From: Dehalococcoidia bacterium
GTDB lineage: Bacteria > Chloroflexota > Dehalococcoidia > Lucifugimonadales > UBA3495
DNA: 64,000 nucleotides
Direction of reading: 5' to 3'
Assembly: GCA_045562555.1 (NCBI GenBank)
Contig: JBJKVO010000015.1
Coordinates: 590,198 to 654,197, forward strand
The notes below the pieces were generated by a model. The model saw only the letters and a list, made by a program, of their open reading frames with translations. It made no database searches and was not told the origin of the DNA. The translations under genes and the position numbers were made by a program. Position 1 is the first letter of the stretch. Each line of letters starts with the position of its first letter. This document shows, piece by piece, positions 1 to 8,903 of the stretch.

Positions 1-770
1 CAGACACTTTATCCGCGATGTCAGAAATCAAAGCCCTTGGAGCTAGGTTGGTAACAGTTTGTAATACGCCAGGTAGTCAAGCAGATCAGTTAGCTGAAGA
101 GTCGTATTTTATGAATTGTGGCGTGGAAGTAGGAGTCGCATCTACGAAAACGTTTATATCCTCTCTATCAATTTTGTATGCATTGGCAGTATATTTAGGG
201 TCTTCGACAGCGTATTTATCAGATACACAGGTTAAAGAGAAAATCTCTGAGATTTTGAGTCTGCCAGAAGTGATTGCCGATACTTTAAAGAATGCGGATT
301 CATTCAAGGAAGTAGCACAAAAGATAAATTTCAGTAATAACTTTTTGTTCTTGGGAAGAGGCATTAATTATCCTATAGCAATTGAAGGCGCCTTAAAACT
401 TAAAGAGATTAGTTATATTCATGCTGAAGGGTACGCCGCAGGTGAAATGAAACATGGGCCTATAGCTTTGATAGATAAAAGTCTGGTAACCGTAGCTATT
501 GCAACTCAAGATGCATTACACGATAAAATGATTTCTAATATCAAAGAAGTCAAAGCTAGGAATGGTCTTGTTGTTGCTTTGGTAAATGAAACAGATGACA
601 GCTTAGATTTGGATGCTGATTATCTGATTAAAGTTCCTGAAGTATCATCATATTTGGCACCTATTATTAACGTTATACCGTTACAATTCTTATCGTATTA
701 CATTGCTTTAGAACGGGAATGTAATATAGATCAACCGAGGAATTTGGCTAAATCTGTAACGGTTGAATAA
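1..770 (+). CDS. glmS: Glutamine--fructose-6-phosphate aminotransferase, C-terminal SIS-domain part (5' end outside window)
   Basis: The frame is open to the window edge. SIS-domain motifs are present (GVASTKTF, YPIAIEGALKLKEISYIHAEGYAAGEMKHGPIALID), as is the canonical GlmS C-terminus NLAKSVTVE. Confidence 0.9.
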   Translation, partial: DTLSAMSEIKALGARLVTVCNTPGSQADQLAEESYFMNCGVEVGVASTKTFISSLSILYALAVYLGSSTAYLSDTQVKEKISEILSLPEVIADTLKNADSFKEVAQKINFSNNFLFLGRGINYPIAIEGALKLKEISYIHAEGYAAGEMKHGPIALIDKSLVTVAIATQDALHDKMISNIKEVKARNGLVVALVNETDDSLDLDADYLIKVPEVSSYLAPIINVIPLQFLSYYIALERECNIDQPRNLAKSVTVE

Positions 771-834
771 CTTCTAACAGTGCATTAAAGAGTCAAATAA
801 TTATTGGCGTACTCATCTTAAATATTTCTATTAT

Positions 835-1629
835 GTGGTAATATTTCTCATTACTATGGAAATTCTTTATACCATTATAAATAGTGCACCGGGTGTTCCC
901 GATTGGGCATTCATTGTTTTATGCTTTGCCAGTTTCTTCACGTCAGTGGTATCTGCCGCTTTTGGACTTGGTGGAGGTGCAATGATGGTGGCCATAATGG
1001 CTTCTTTAGTCCCTCCTATTGCAGTGATTCCAGTTCATGCTGTAGTTCAAGTAAGCTCCAATTTCACTAGGGCTTTGATGATGTGGAAACACATTAAATT
1101 CACTTGGATGATTCCGTTTGTGATAGGAACTATAATTGGTGCATTAATTGGCGGTCAGATTGTTTTTGCTATTCCCAAGCATTTGTTGCAAGGCATCATC
1201 GGCATTTTTGTGATTTACACGTTATGGGGCCCAGCTGTTAAAGCTATAAAATCATCATTTATAACTTTTGTAGGAGTGGGAGCATTCGCTTCTTTTGCGA
1301 CTATGTTTGTAGGCGGTACAGGCCCTTTAATCGCACCGTTTATTAAAGCGTCCACCACAGAACGGCAAATGACTGTAGCTACTCACGGAGCCTTTATGTC
1401 GTGGCAACATGGTATAAAGATAATTACGTTTGGATTATTAGGTTTTGCTTTTGGGCCTTACATTATTCTGATGGTAGCGATGATATTGTTTGGAATTTTT
1501 GGCACATGGTCTGGAAAGACCATCTTAAATTGGATGCCAGAGCACATATTTAAACGAGCGTTCAATACGGTTTTAGCGTTGTTAGCTATCAGACTTTTGT
1601 ATGAAGCTCTTAAAGGGTATTTCTTTTAG
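835..1629 (+). CDS. TSUP (TauE/SafE, DUF81) family anion-exporter membrane protein
   Basis: Polytopic hydrophobic protein with a duplicated GLGGGAMMV / VGGTGPLIAP type motif typical of TauE/SafE. GTG start at 835; alternative ATG at 856. Confidence 0.7.
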   Translation: MVIFLITMEILYTIINSAPGVPDWAFIVLCFASFFTSVVSAAFGLGGGAMMVAIMASLVPPIAVIPVHAVVQVSSNFTRALMMWKHIKFTWMIPFVIGTIIGALIGGQIVFAIPKHLLQGIIGIFVIYTLWGPAVKAIKSSFITFVGVGAFASFATMFVGGTGPLIAPFIKASTTERQMTVATHGAFMSWQHGIKIITFGLLGFAFGPYIILMVAMILFGIFGTWSGKTILNWMPEHIFKRAFNTVLALLAIRLLYEALKGYFF

Positions 1630-2333
1630 TCTGTATCAAATTTTAGATTGTACTGCTCAGAAAATACTGCCACTAATTCCTCGAAAAACACTCCTTGCCT
1701 CATCACTTTCATTGACTGAAAATCAATTATTGTACTCGAGAGAGGGAATCCGGATGAATCAAATTTTTGATAAGGGACTTCTCCGTAATCAAGGACTAAG
1801 TCCGCTACTGCCAATAATTCAGGTTCTATATCCTCTACTTTGTACTTAACACCACTTCCAGATACGTTTGCAGATGACGCTATCATTGGGAATTCATTAT
1901 CCATGCTTAGATTCGCAATGTTGCTTCTTAAAGGACCAGAATTTATCAGGAAATTCACAGCTGAATTTTTTGTGCCAATTGATCGCATAAATGGGGTTAG
2001 ATTTTGAAATAAAGCATGCGAATTATCATATGGAGCGAGAACTGCTAATGGGAACTCATAATTTTCTGAAAAGTCCTTAATTATTTCTTTGTGCTCCACA
2101 TTTATCAGATGGATTTCGTAATGCGTTCGGAAATTTGAGACTATCCCACTTGGTTTGTCTAAAGGTCTCTTTTTAGCTGCGTAAATTTTTGTTATAGCCT
2201 CATCGCTAGCCCCCATGATTGCGTAGCCGCTCAATATGGGATTTATTGAAATTCCGCCTTTCTTTAAAGTTTCAAATATTTTATTAGCATCGTATTCGTA
2301 ATCAAATAAGTAAGTTTTGTCTCTAGTATTCAT
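1626..2333 (-). CDS. Sua5/YciO/YrdC/YwlC family protein (threonylcarbamoyl-AMP synthase-like fold)
   Basis: IYAAKKRPLDKPSGIV and MIASSANVSGSG motifs resemble the YrdC-domain signature. About 235 aa. Confidence 0.6.
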   Translation of the reverse strand: MNTRDKTYLFDYEYDANKIFETLKKGGISINPILSGYAIMGASDEAITKIYAAKKRPLDKPSGIVSNFRTHYEIHLINVEHKEIIKDFSENYEFPLAVLAPYDNSHALFQNLTPFMRSIGTKNSAVNFLINSGPLRSNIANLSMDNEFPMIASSANVSGSGVKYKVEDIEPELLAVADLVLDYGEVPYQKFDSSGFPLSSTIIDFQSMKVMRQGVFFEELVAVFSEQYNLKFDTD

Positions 2334-2415
2334 TGAAAATCCTTATAATGAGTTAAGATATTTAGGATACAACTTAGATGGAAGAAAATAAATACTTGAA
2401 GAATCGAGCAGACAG

Positions 2416-3303
2416 ATGAGATTAGGTATAGATCTTGGTGGGACGAAAACAGAAATAGCCGTTGTTTCCGGAGATGGCTCAGTAGTTTGGACCAAACGAA
2501 TTGACACATCTGCAGAAAGTTATTCTCAAATTCTTAGTCAGCTTAAGGCTTTGGTTGGCGAAGCATATGAAGTTACTGGCTATGATGGAAGTGTTGGGGT
2601 GAGTATACCTGGTAGTGTTTCACCTGTTTCAGGTCTTATACGCGGAGCGAATACACAGGTTCTCAATGGACGCGATTTTGTAAATGATTTGCGGGCGAAG
2701 GTTGGTAGGCAAGTTAATGTCGCAAATGATGCTAATTGTTTTACTTTGTCGGAGGCCACAGATGGTGCGGCGTGTGATTATGCAAATGTGTTTGGGGTTA
2801 TATTAGGTACAGGGTGTGGGGGTGGTCTTGTGATCGATAATAAATTGATTCAAGGTCGTAATATGATTTCTGGAGAATGGGGTCACAGCCCCTTGCCATG
2901 GATCGAGGAACGAGACTTACCTAGAAGGCATTGTTGGTGCGGATTATTTGACTGCCTTGAGACTTATATTAGTGGTTCTGCTGTAAGTCGGGAGTACGAA
3001 ATGTTGACTGGTACCAATTTACCAGTTCAACAAATAGTTGAAATATCAAGTACAAATGATAATGCTGAGCAAGTACTATTAAACCTAGAGAATAGACTCG
3101 CTCGTGCTTTCGCTATTATCATTAATTTTATAGACCCAGACGCGATAGTCATCGGCGGTGGTTTGTCTAATTTATCCAGGTTATATAGTTCTATACCTCT
3201 ACAATGGGGCAACTATGTATTTTCTGATTCAGTAAAAACTGAATTACTGCCTCCTAAGTATGGAGATTCAAGTGGTATACGAGGGGCCGCTTGGTTGCAA
3301 TAA
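2416..3303 (+). CDS. ROK-family sugar kinase (Mak fructo/mannokinase / NagK-like)
   Basis: MRLGIDLGGTKTE, ANDANCFTLSEA, ILGTGCGGG, GEWGH, Zn motif CWCG..DCLETYISG, DPDAIVIGGGLSN and C-terminal GDSSGIRGAAWL all follow E. coli Mak/NagK closely. Confidence 0.85.
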   Translation: MRLGIDLGGTKTEIAVVSGDGSVVWTKRIDTSAESYSQILSQLKALVGEAYEVTGYDGSVGVSIPGSVSPVSGLIRGANTQVLNGRDFVNDLRAKVGRQVNVANDANCFTLSEATDGAACDYANVFGVILGTGCGGGLVIDNKLIQGRNMISGEWGHSPLPWIEERDLPRRHCWCGLFDCLETYISGSAVSREYEMLTGTNLPVQQIVEISSTNDNAEQVLLNLENRLARAFAIIINFIDPDAIVIGGGLSNLSRLYSSIPLQWGNYVFSDSVKTELLPPKYGDSSGIRGAAWLQ

Positions 3304-3312
3304 ATTTAACTA

Positions 3313-3969
3313 ATGAGAGAACACATGAATTTATCTGATGCAATTGTGAATGACTTAATGGATCAATGGAACGCAGCTACTACGCATGCTTTTACAGAAG
3401 ATTTATGTTCTGATGTGTTGAACGACGTCTCTTGGCAGAAATACTTAATTCAGGATTATGCATTTGTAGGAGCTCTTACGGAGTTGGTGAAAATGATGAT
3501 AGACAAATGTCCAGGACAACACCAACGTAACATATTTGAAGGGTTTCTGGATGTATTAACTGGGGCGGAAGATCAGTTTTTTATTGACGCTTTTAAAAAG
3601 GCTAATGTTCCTAAAGTACAATGGTCTTCAGAACAAGAATCAGATGTAACGGTTAAGTTTAAAGAGTTATTTGATAGGGTTAATGAAGGTTCATACGCTG
3701 ATGTTTTGTCGGTGTTATTGCCCGTTGAATGGATCTATCTTACATGGGCAACGAATCATAAAAATTGTAAACCACGGGATTCTTATAATGAATGGATATT
3801 GTTACATAATAATGAAGAATTCACTGAGTTCGTAATGTTTTTGAAGTCTGAATTTGATGATGCGAGCCAAGGTTATTCACAAGAGGACCGTGACAGTATG
3901 AAAGGCTATTTTTATACTGCGTGTGAATTAGAAGTGTTGTTTTTTGATCACTGCTATATAAAGGCCTAG
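3313..3969 (+). CDS. TenA/THI-4/PqqC (heme-oxygenase-like) family protein, possible thiaminase II
   Basis: WQKYLIQDYAFV motif and about 215 aa helical protein, typical of the TenA family. Substrate not assignable. Confidence 0.55.
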   Translation: MREHMNLSDAIVNDLMDQWNAATTHAFTEDLCSDVLNDVSWQKYLIQDYAFVGALTELVKMMIDKCPGQHQRNIFEGFLDVLTGAEDQFFIDAFKKANVPKVQWSSEQESDVTVKFKELFDRVNEGSYADVLSVLLPVEWIYLTWATNHKNCKPRDSYNEWILLHNNEEFTEFVMFLKSEFDDASQGYSQEDRDSMKGYFYTACELEVLFFDHCYIKA

Positions 3970-3977
3970 GGGAAGAC

Positions 3978-5153
3978 ATGAAAGATTACTATGATGTGGT
4001 GATTATTGGGGCAGGAGCAGCAGGAATGATGTGTGCTGTAGAGGCAGGAAATCGTTCTAGAACAGTACTGCTTATTGATCATTCTCCCAAAATAGGGAAG
4101 AAAATCAGAATTTCCGGTGGGGGTAGATGTAACTTCACTAACATGAACACTTTGCCAGAGCATTTCTTGTCTTCTAATCCGCATTTTTCAAAGTCTGCGT
4201 TGAGTCAATATACCCCTTATGATTTTGTGCAACTTATAGAAAAACACGGTATCAAATTTCATGAGAAGGCAGCAGGCCAGTTATTTTGTGATGATTCGGC
4301 GCAACAAGTAATTGACATGCTCGTTCATGAATGTGAAGAAGCGGAGGTGGAATTTAGTCTGGCAAACCAGGTAAATAAAATAGAATCTCCAAAAGAAAAC
4401 TATTATGAACTTACGACTGATTTAGGGCATGTAGCTTGTAATTCTCTAGTTATAGCCACTGGAGGATTATCAATACCAAAATTAGGAGCAACAAGATTCG
4501 GGTACGAATTGGCTACTAAATTCAATCTCAATGTTGTGAGCCCTAAACCTGGATTAGTACCATTTGTTATAAAAGACAAAAAATTACAATCATTAAGAGG
4601 TATTTCTCTGCCAGCCCAAATATCCGCTAATAACTCTATGTTTGAGGATTCTTTGTTATTTACACACAAAGGATTAAGCGGACCATCTGTGTTACAAATA
4701 TCTTCGTATTGGTATAAGGGAGATGAAGTTATAATTAATTGTTACCCGGATAGTGACTTATATAAATTACTGAAGACAAAAAGAAACGAAGGTTCTACTA
4801 GGCAAATTAAAAATTTATTACAAGAGTTATTTCCTCAGCGATTCGTTGATTATATGATTCCGTTAAGTATAGGGAATATGCGCACTAGTGAAATTTCTGA
4901 TAACAACTTGCAAAAGATTTCGGATTTGATACAAAAATGGATTATTTATCCAGTAGGTACTGAGGGGTATCCTAAAGCCGAGGTGACCGTAGGGGGAATA
5001 GATACGAACGAATTATCTTCCAGAACAATGGAATGCAGGAAACAGGAAGGCCTTTTCTTTATCGGAGAAGTGTTGGATGTTACTGGGCATCTAGGAGGAT
5101 TTAATTTTCAATGGGCGTGGTCCTCAGGATTCGCGGCAGGACAAGTTGTTTGA
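3978..5153 (+). CDS. HI0933/YhiN (BaiN-like) family NAD(P)/FAD-dependent oxidoreductase
   Basis: Dinucleotide fold DVVIIGAGAAGMMCA, family signature ISGGGRCNFTN, and C-terminal GGFNFQWAWSSG. Confidence 0.8.
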   Translation: MKDYYDVVIIGAGAAGMMCAVEAGNRSRTVLLIDHSPKIGKKIRISGGGRCNFTNMNTLPEHFLSSNPHFSKSALSQYTPYDFVQLIEKHGIKFHEKAAGQLFCDDSAQQVIDMLVHECEEAEVEFSLANQVNKIESPKENYYELTTDLGHVACNSLVIATGGLSIPKLGATRFGYELATKFNLNVVSPKPGLVPFVIKDKKLQSLRGISLPAQISANNSMFEDSLLFTHKGLSGPSVLQISSYWYKGDEVIINCYPDSDLYKLLKTKRNEGSTRQIKNLLQELFPQRFVDYMIPLSIGNMRTSEISDNNLQKISDLIQKWIIYPVGTEGYPKAEVTVGGIDTNELSSRTMECRKQEGLFFIGEVLDVTGHLGGFNFQWAWSSGFAAGQVV

Positions 5154-5199
5154 TGCAAGTAACAATATCTCTACGGAATGTTTATAATAAGTTCTTGTT

Positions 5200-6105
5200 A
5201 TGAATAATGTATGTGTGAAAGCTCCTGCTACTACTGCTAATTTAGGACCTGGTTATGATTGCCTGGGCATGGCTCTGGATTTGTGGAATGAGATAGAAGT
5301 TAAGGTATTGGAATCAAAGGATTTAAGTATTTTTGTTAAAGGTTTTGGTGAAGATTCTGTTCCATTAAACAATGATAATCTCATATACAAATCGATCCAA
5401 TTCCTGTATTCCGAACTCGGACGACCTGTACCGGGTATGGTAATTAATTGCACAAATAATATTCCCTTGAATAGAGGACTGGGAAGTAGTTCTGCAGCCA
5501 TTGTTTCTGGGTTGGTAGCAGCTAACGCACTTTGTGATAATGCATATAAAGTCAATGAAATTCTTGAAATGGCAGTAGAGATTGAAGGTCATCCAGATAA
5601 TGTAACCCCATGTATTTATGGTGGATGTAGGCTGATTGCAATGGAAGAAAAAAATATCTACACGGTCCCTATTCCTATTCCTGCTGATTTGGATGCTATT
5701 GTTTTTATCCCAGATGTAGAAATTAGCACCGAAGCTGCTAGGAACATTTTGCCAGATACTTTAAGTTATAAGGATGCGGTACATAATATTTCACGTGTTG
5801 GGCTTTTGATAGCTGGATTATTTTCTGATAATCCCGATTATCTGAATATTGCCACACAAGATAGGTTACACCAACCATACAGACAAGAAATATTCAGGCC
5901 AATGAAAGTTATTTTCAAGGGAGCTTTGGATGGAGGAGCAACCGGCGTATTTTTATCAGGAAGCGGCTCAACTGTGATAGCGTTTTCCAAAGATAGACAA
6001 ATGACAGTTGGGTATGAAATGGCAGAAGCTGCTCGACAATGTGGATTGGAAGGGACATTAAAGGTCCTTAAAACTTCAGAAACAGGATGCCATGTGACAG
6101 AATGA
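5200..6105 (+). CDS. thrB: Homoserine kinase
   Basis: GHMP-kinase motifs PATTANLGPGYDCLG and NRGLGSSSAAIV, HPDNV, about 300 aa. The stop TGA overlaps the lysC start (ATGA at 6102-6105). Confidence 0.85.
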   Translation: MNNVCVKAPATTANLGPGYDCLGMALDLWNEIEVKVLESKDLSIFVKGFGEDSVPLNNDNLIYKSIQFLYSELGRPVPGMVINCTNNIPLNRGLGSSSAAIVSGLVAANALCDNAYKVNEILEMAVEIEGHPDNVTPCIYGGCRLIAMEEKNIYTVPIPIPADLDAIVFIPDVEISTEAARNILPDTLSYKDAVHNISRVGLLIAGLFSDNPDYLNIATQDRLHQPYRQEIFRPMKVIFKGALDGGATGVFLSGSGSTVIAFSKDRQMTVGYEMAEAARQCGLEGTLKVLKTSETGCHVTE

Positions 6106-7349
6106 TGGATAATTCTACAAACGGAATACTTGTGCATAAATATGGCGGTTCATCTGTGTCCGATGCCATGAAAATAGCTAATGTAGCAAAAAGAATAGTG
6201 TCGGCTTATGATTCTGGATTCAAAATCGTCGCTGTTTGCTCAGCAATGGGAGATACTACTGATGACTTATTAGACCTGGCGTCTCAAGTTACGAAGAATC
6301 CCAATCCTAGAGAATTGGACTTGTTACTTTCTACTGGAGAATTAGTTTCAGCAACTTTGTTGGCTATGGCAATTTCAGAACTCGGTTACCCTGCAATTAG
6401 TTTAAGTGGGATTCAGGCAGGGATACATACTGACGAAATGTACGGCAAAGCTCGAATAGATAACATAGAAACAGAAAGGGTAAGCAAAGAATTGAACGAA
6501 GGGAACATTGTTATAGTTGCAGGGTTTCAAGGAATCAACATTAATGATGATGTAACTACGCTAGGTCGGGGTGGATCAGATACTACCGCTGTGGCATTAG
6601 CAGCTGCTTTGAAGGCAGATAAATGTGAAGTTTACACTGATGTAGATGGTATATATACAGCTGATCCAAGAATCGTTAAGGAAGCAAGGAAAATTACCCA
6701 TATTGGTTACGAGGAAATGCTGGAATTGGCATGTTATGGAGCTAAAATGCACCCGAGATCTATAGAATTGGGATCTGTTTATAATGTGCCAATATATGTC
6801 GCATCGAGTTTTAATGATGACCCAGGAACTTTAATTGATTCTTATGTTCAGGAGCTTACTATGGAAAACAGAATAAAAGTTACAGGTATTGCATATCAGA
6901 GGCATATAGCAAAAATTACTTTGCGAGATGTGCCGGATAAACCTGGACTTGCTGGATCATTGTTCGAACCTCTAACAGATGATGGAATCAGTGTTGACAC
7001 CATTGTCCAAAATACTAGTGCCGATAAATTGACCGACATAAGTTTTACTGTGGATCAAAAAGACTTGCCAGCGACCTTACTGACGCTAGAAAAAATTCCT
7101 AGTGTACTTAGCAGTGGGAAGTTGTTGAGTGAAGAAAATTTAGCGATGGTAAGTATTGTTGGCTCGGGCATGCAAAATACTCCTGGATATGCTTCTAAAA
7201 TGTTTACGATATTAGCAAAAGGTAACATCAATATAGATATGATTACCACATCTGAAATCCGTATAAGCTGCATAATATCTGAAGATTCTTTGGAAAATGC
7301 TGTGCAGTTACTTCATCAAGGGTTTGAATTAGACCGAATAGTTAATTAA
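6102..7349 (+). CDS. lysC: Aspartate kinase (monofunctional, two C-terminal ACT domains)
   Basis: VHKYGGSSV, VVCSAMGDTTDDL, GRGGSDTTAVALAAAL, YTADPRIV. The ORF track starts at 6087, but the ATG at 6102 gives a coupled ATGA overlap with thrB. Confidence 0.9.
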   Translation: MMDNSTNGILVHKYGGSSVSDAMKIANVAKRIVSAYDSGFKIVAVCSAMGDTTDDLLDLASQVTKNPNPRELDLLLSTGELVSATLLAMAISELGYPAISLSGIQAGIHTDEMYGKARIDNIETERVSKELNEGNIVIVAGFQGININDDVTTLGRGGSDTTAVALAAALKADKCEVYTDVDGIYTADPRIVKEARKITHIGYEEMLELACYGAKMHPRSIELGSVYNVPIYVASSFNDDPGTLIDSYVQELTMENRIKVTGIAYQRHIAKITLRDVPDKPGLAGSLFEPLTDDGISVDTIVQNTSADKLTDISFTVDQKDLPATLLTLEKIPSVLSSGKLLSEENLAMVSIVGSGMQNTPGYASKMFTILAKGNINIDMITTSEIRISCIISEDSLENAVQLLHQGFELDRIVN

Positions 7350-7350
7350 A

Positions 7351-8085
7351 TTGTTGAAAGGTCCAATGAATAATATGCCCACATATGTGTCTGTTATTAT
7401 TCCTGCTTTTAATGAAGATGCCCGTATTGAACATTGTTTGGATGCTGTATCTTCATATTTAGCCACACAAGATTATTCATGGGAAGTCATTGTTTGCAAT
7501 GATGGTAGTACCGACAGGACATCAGAGCTTGTTCGACGATTTGTGAAAATTGATTCTAGAATCAATTTAATTGACCTGCTTCATCAAGGTAAAGGCAGCG
7601 CTGTTCGAGCAGGTATGCTTAAAGCAGAAGGCGAAGTTAGAATATTGTGTGACGCCGACTTTTCAATGCCTGTGGAACATATTTCAAGATTGATACATGC
7701 TGGATGCTCGTATGATATCGCGATTGCTTCTAGGGAATTGCCGGATTCTCGTCGTTTCAATGAACCTCAGAGAAGACATTTTATGGGAAGAGTTTTTAAC
7801 TATTTAACTCGATTACTTGTATTGCCAGGTATTATGGATTCCCAATGTGGGTTCAAATTATTTAATCAGAGTAGTGCAAAAGAACTATTCCAAGATTTAA
7901 ATGTTTCAGGATTCGCATTTGATGTGGAAATTCTGGCTAAGGCGCGAAAGCACAACTATTCAATAACCGAAGTTCCGATTGATTGGTACTATTTTGAGGG
8001 CAGTAAAGTTAGAATATTACGCGATTCTATCGGCATGTTTAAGGATTTGATGAAATTACGCATCAAATATAACAGAATTAGATAA
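7351..8085 (+). CDS. Family 2 glycosyltransferase (polyprenol/dolichol-phosphate hexosyltransferase-like)
   Basis: VSVIIPAFNE, NDGSTDRT, DAD motif (CDADFS) and QCGFKLF are classic GT2 (Dpm1/GtrB-like) features. TTG at 7351 or ATG at 7366. Confidence 0.8.
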   Translation: MLKGPMNNMPTYVSVIIPAFNEDARIEHCLDAVSSYLATQDYSWEVIVCNDGSTDRTSELVRRFVKIDSRINLIDLLHQGKGSAVRAGMLKAEGEVRILCDADFSMPVEHISRLIHAGCSYDIAIASRELPDSRRFNEPQRRHFMGRVFNYLTRLLVLPGIMDSQCGFKLFNQSSAKELFQDLNVSGFAFDVEILAKARKHNYSITEVPIDWYYFEGSKVRILRDSIGMFKDLMKLRIKYNRIR

Positions 8086-8116
8086 GGATGCTTCTTTTTT
8101 TTCTGTAGATCTTCCA

Positions 8117-8146
8117 TTGACAAACGACAGCTGTAAAATAGATAAT
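8117..8146 (+). promoter_or_regulatory. Candidate sigma70-type promoter for the lipoprotein / giant-ORF operon
   Basis: TTGACA (8117-8122), 18-nt spacer, GATAAT (8141-8146). This lies about 50 nt upstream of the TTG start at 8199, which has a GGAGG RBS at 8189-8193. Confidence 0.4.
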
Positions 8147-8198
8147 TTATACGGTTTTGTTAAAACAGCAGAGGTAAATCTTTGCTACGGAGGAAAAA

Positions 8199-8879
8199 TT
8201 GAGATTGAATCATTTTGTTAATTTGAAAACAGGCATATTGCTTATAGTCTGTTTATTCGCGTTTGTTGCTTGTGGAGGTGGAGATGCAGCGCCAACCGTT
8301 GCGACTGAAACAACAACGTCTGCGGAAGCTCCAAAGGCTGAGACACAAGCTGAAGCTCCTCCTGTGGAAGCCCAAATAGAAGAAGTTGTTATTGAAAGTT
8401 CTGCTGTTTCTGTAACGAATTACCAGGATTTTGGTTTTTCATTATCTATGGAAAGCGGAGCGATGGCTAACACGATGGCTGGGTCAACCGACACCACGGG
8501 AACTGCTACTTTCAATTATGGCGGTGTCAATGCCATGTTGAATTGGGTGCCTGGAACTAATTTTGATCCAGTAGGTGCTGTTAAAGGCTTATTCACTGCT
8601 GTTCAAAACAGTAATACTGCAACCACTTTTGCCACAGTTGGTGGCGGAGAACTCAGAGTTGGATTTGAATCTGGACAATTCATAGCTTATACAGCTGAAG
8701 GATCAGGGGGAGGACTTATAGGTGCGTGGACATGTATGGACACAGATACATCATTCACTTTGTTCGTTTCAGGTCAAGACTCTACCAATGTACAACTTAG
8801 ATTTAAAAGATTAATTGATCAATTTGAATGCGCCGGATCAGCTGACTCAGCTGGAGCTGACGCAAGTGTTAATAACTAA
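8199..8879 (+). CDS. Hypothetical exported lipoprotein (Thr/Ala/Glu-rich linker plus about 150-aa domain with two Cys)
   Basis: N-terminal signal with lipobox LFAFVA-C-GGG, GGAGG RBS 5 nt upstream of the TTG start. No family recognised. Confidence 0.6.
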   Translation: MRLNHFVNLKTGILLIVCLFAFVACGGGDAAPTVATETTTSAEAPKAETQAEAPPVEAQIEEVVIESSAVSVTNYQDFGFSLSMESGAMANTMAGSTDTTGTATFNYGGVNAMLNWVPGTNFDPVGAVKGLFTAVQNSNTATTFATVGGGELRVGFESGQFIAYTAEGSGGGLIGAWTCMDTDTSFTLFVSGQDSTNVQLRFKRLIDQFECAGSADSAGADASVNN

Positions 8880-8903
8880 AAAAATTTTAGGTGAAAATAA
8901 ATA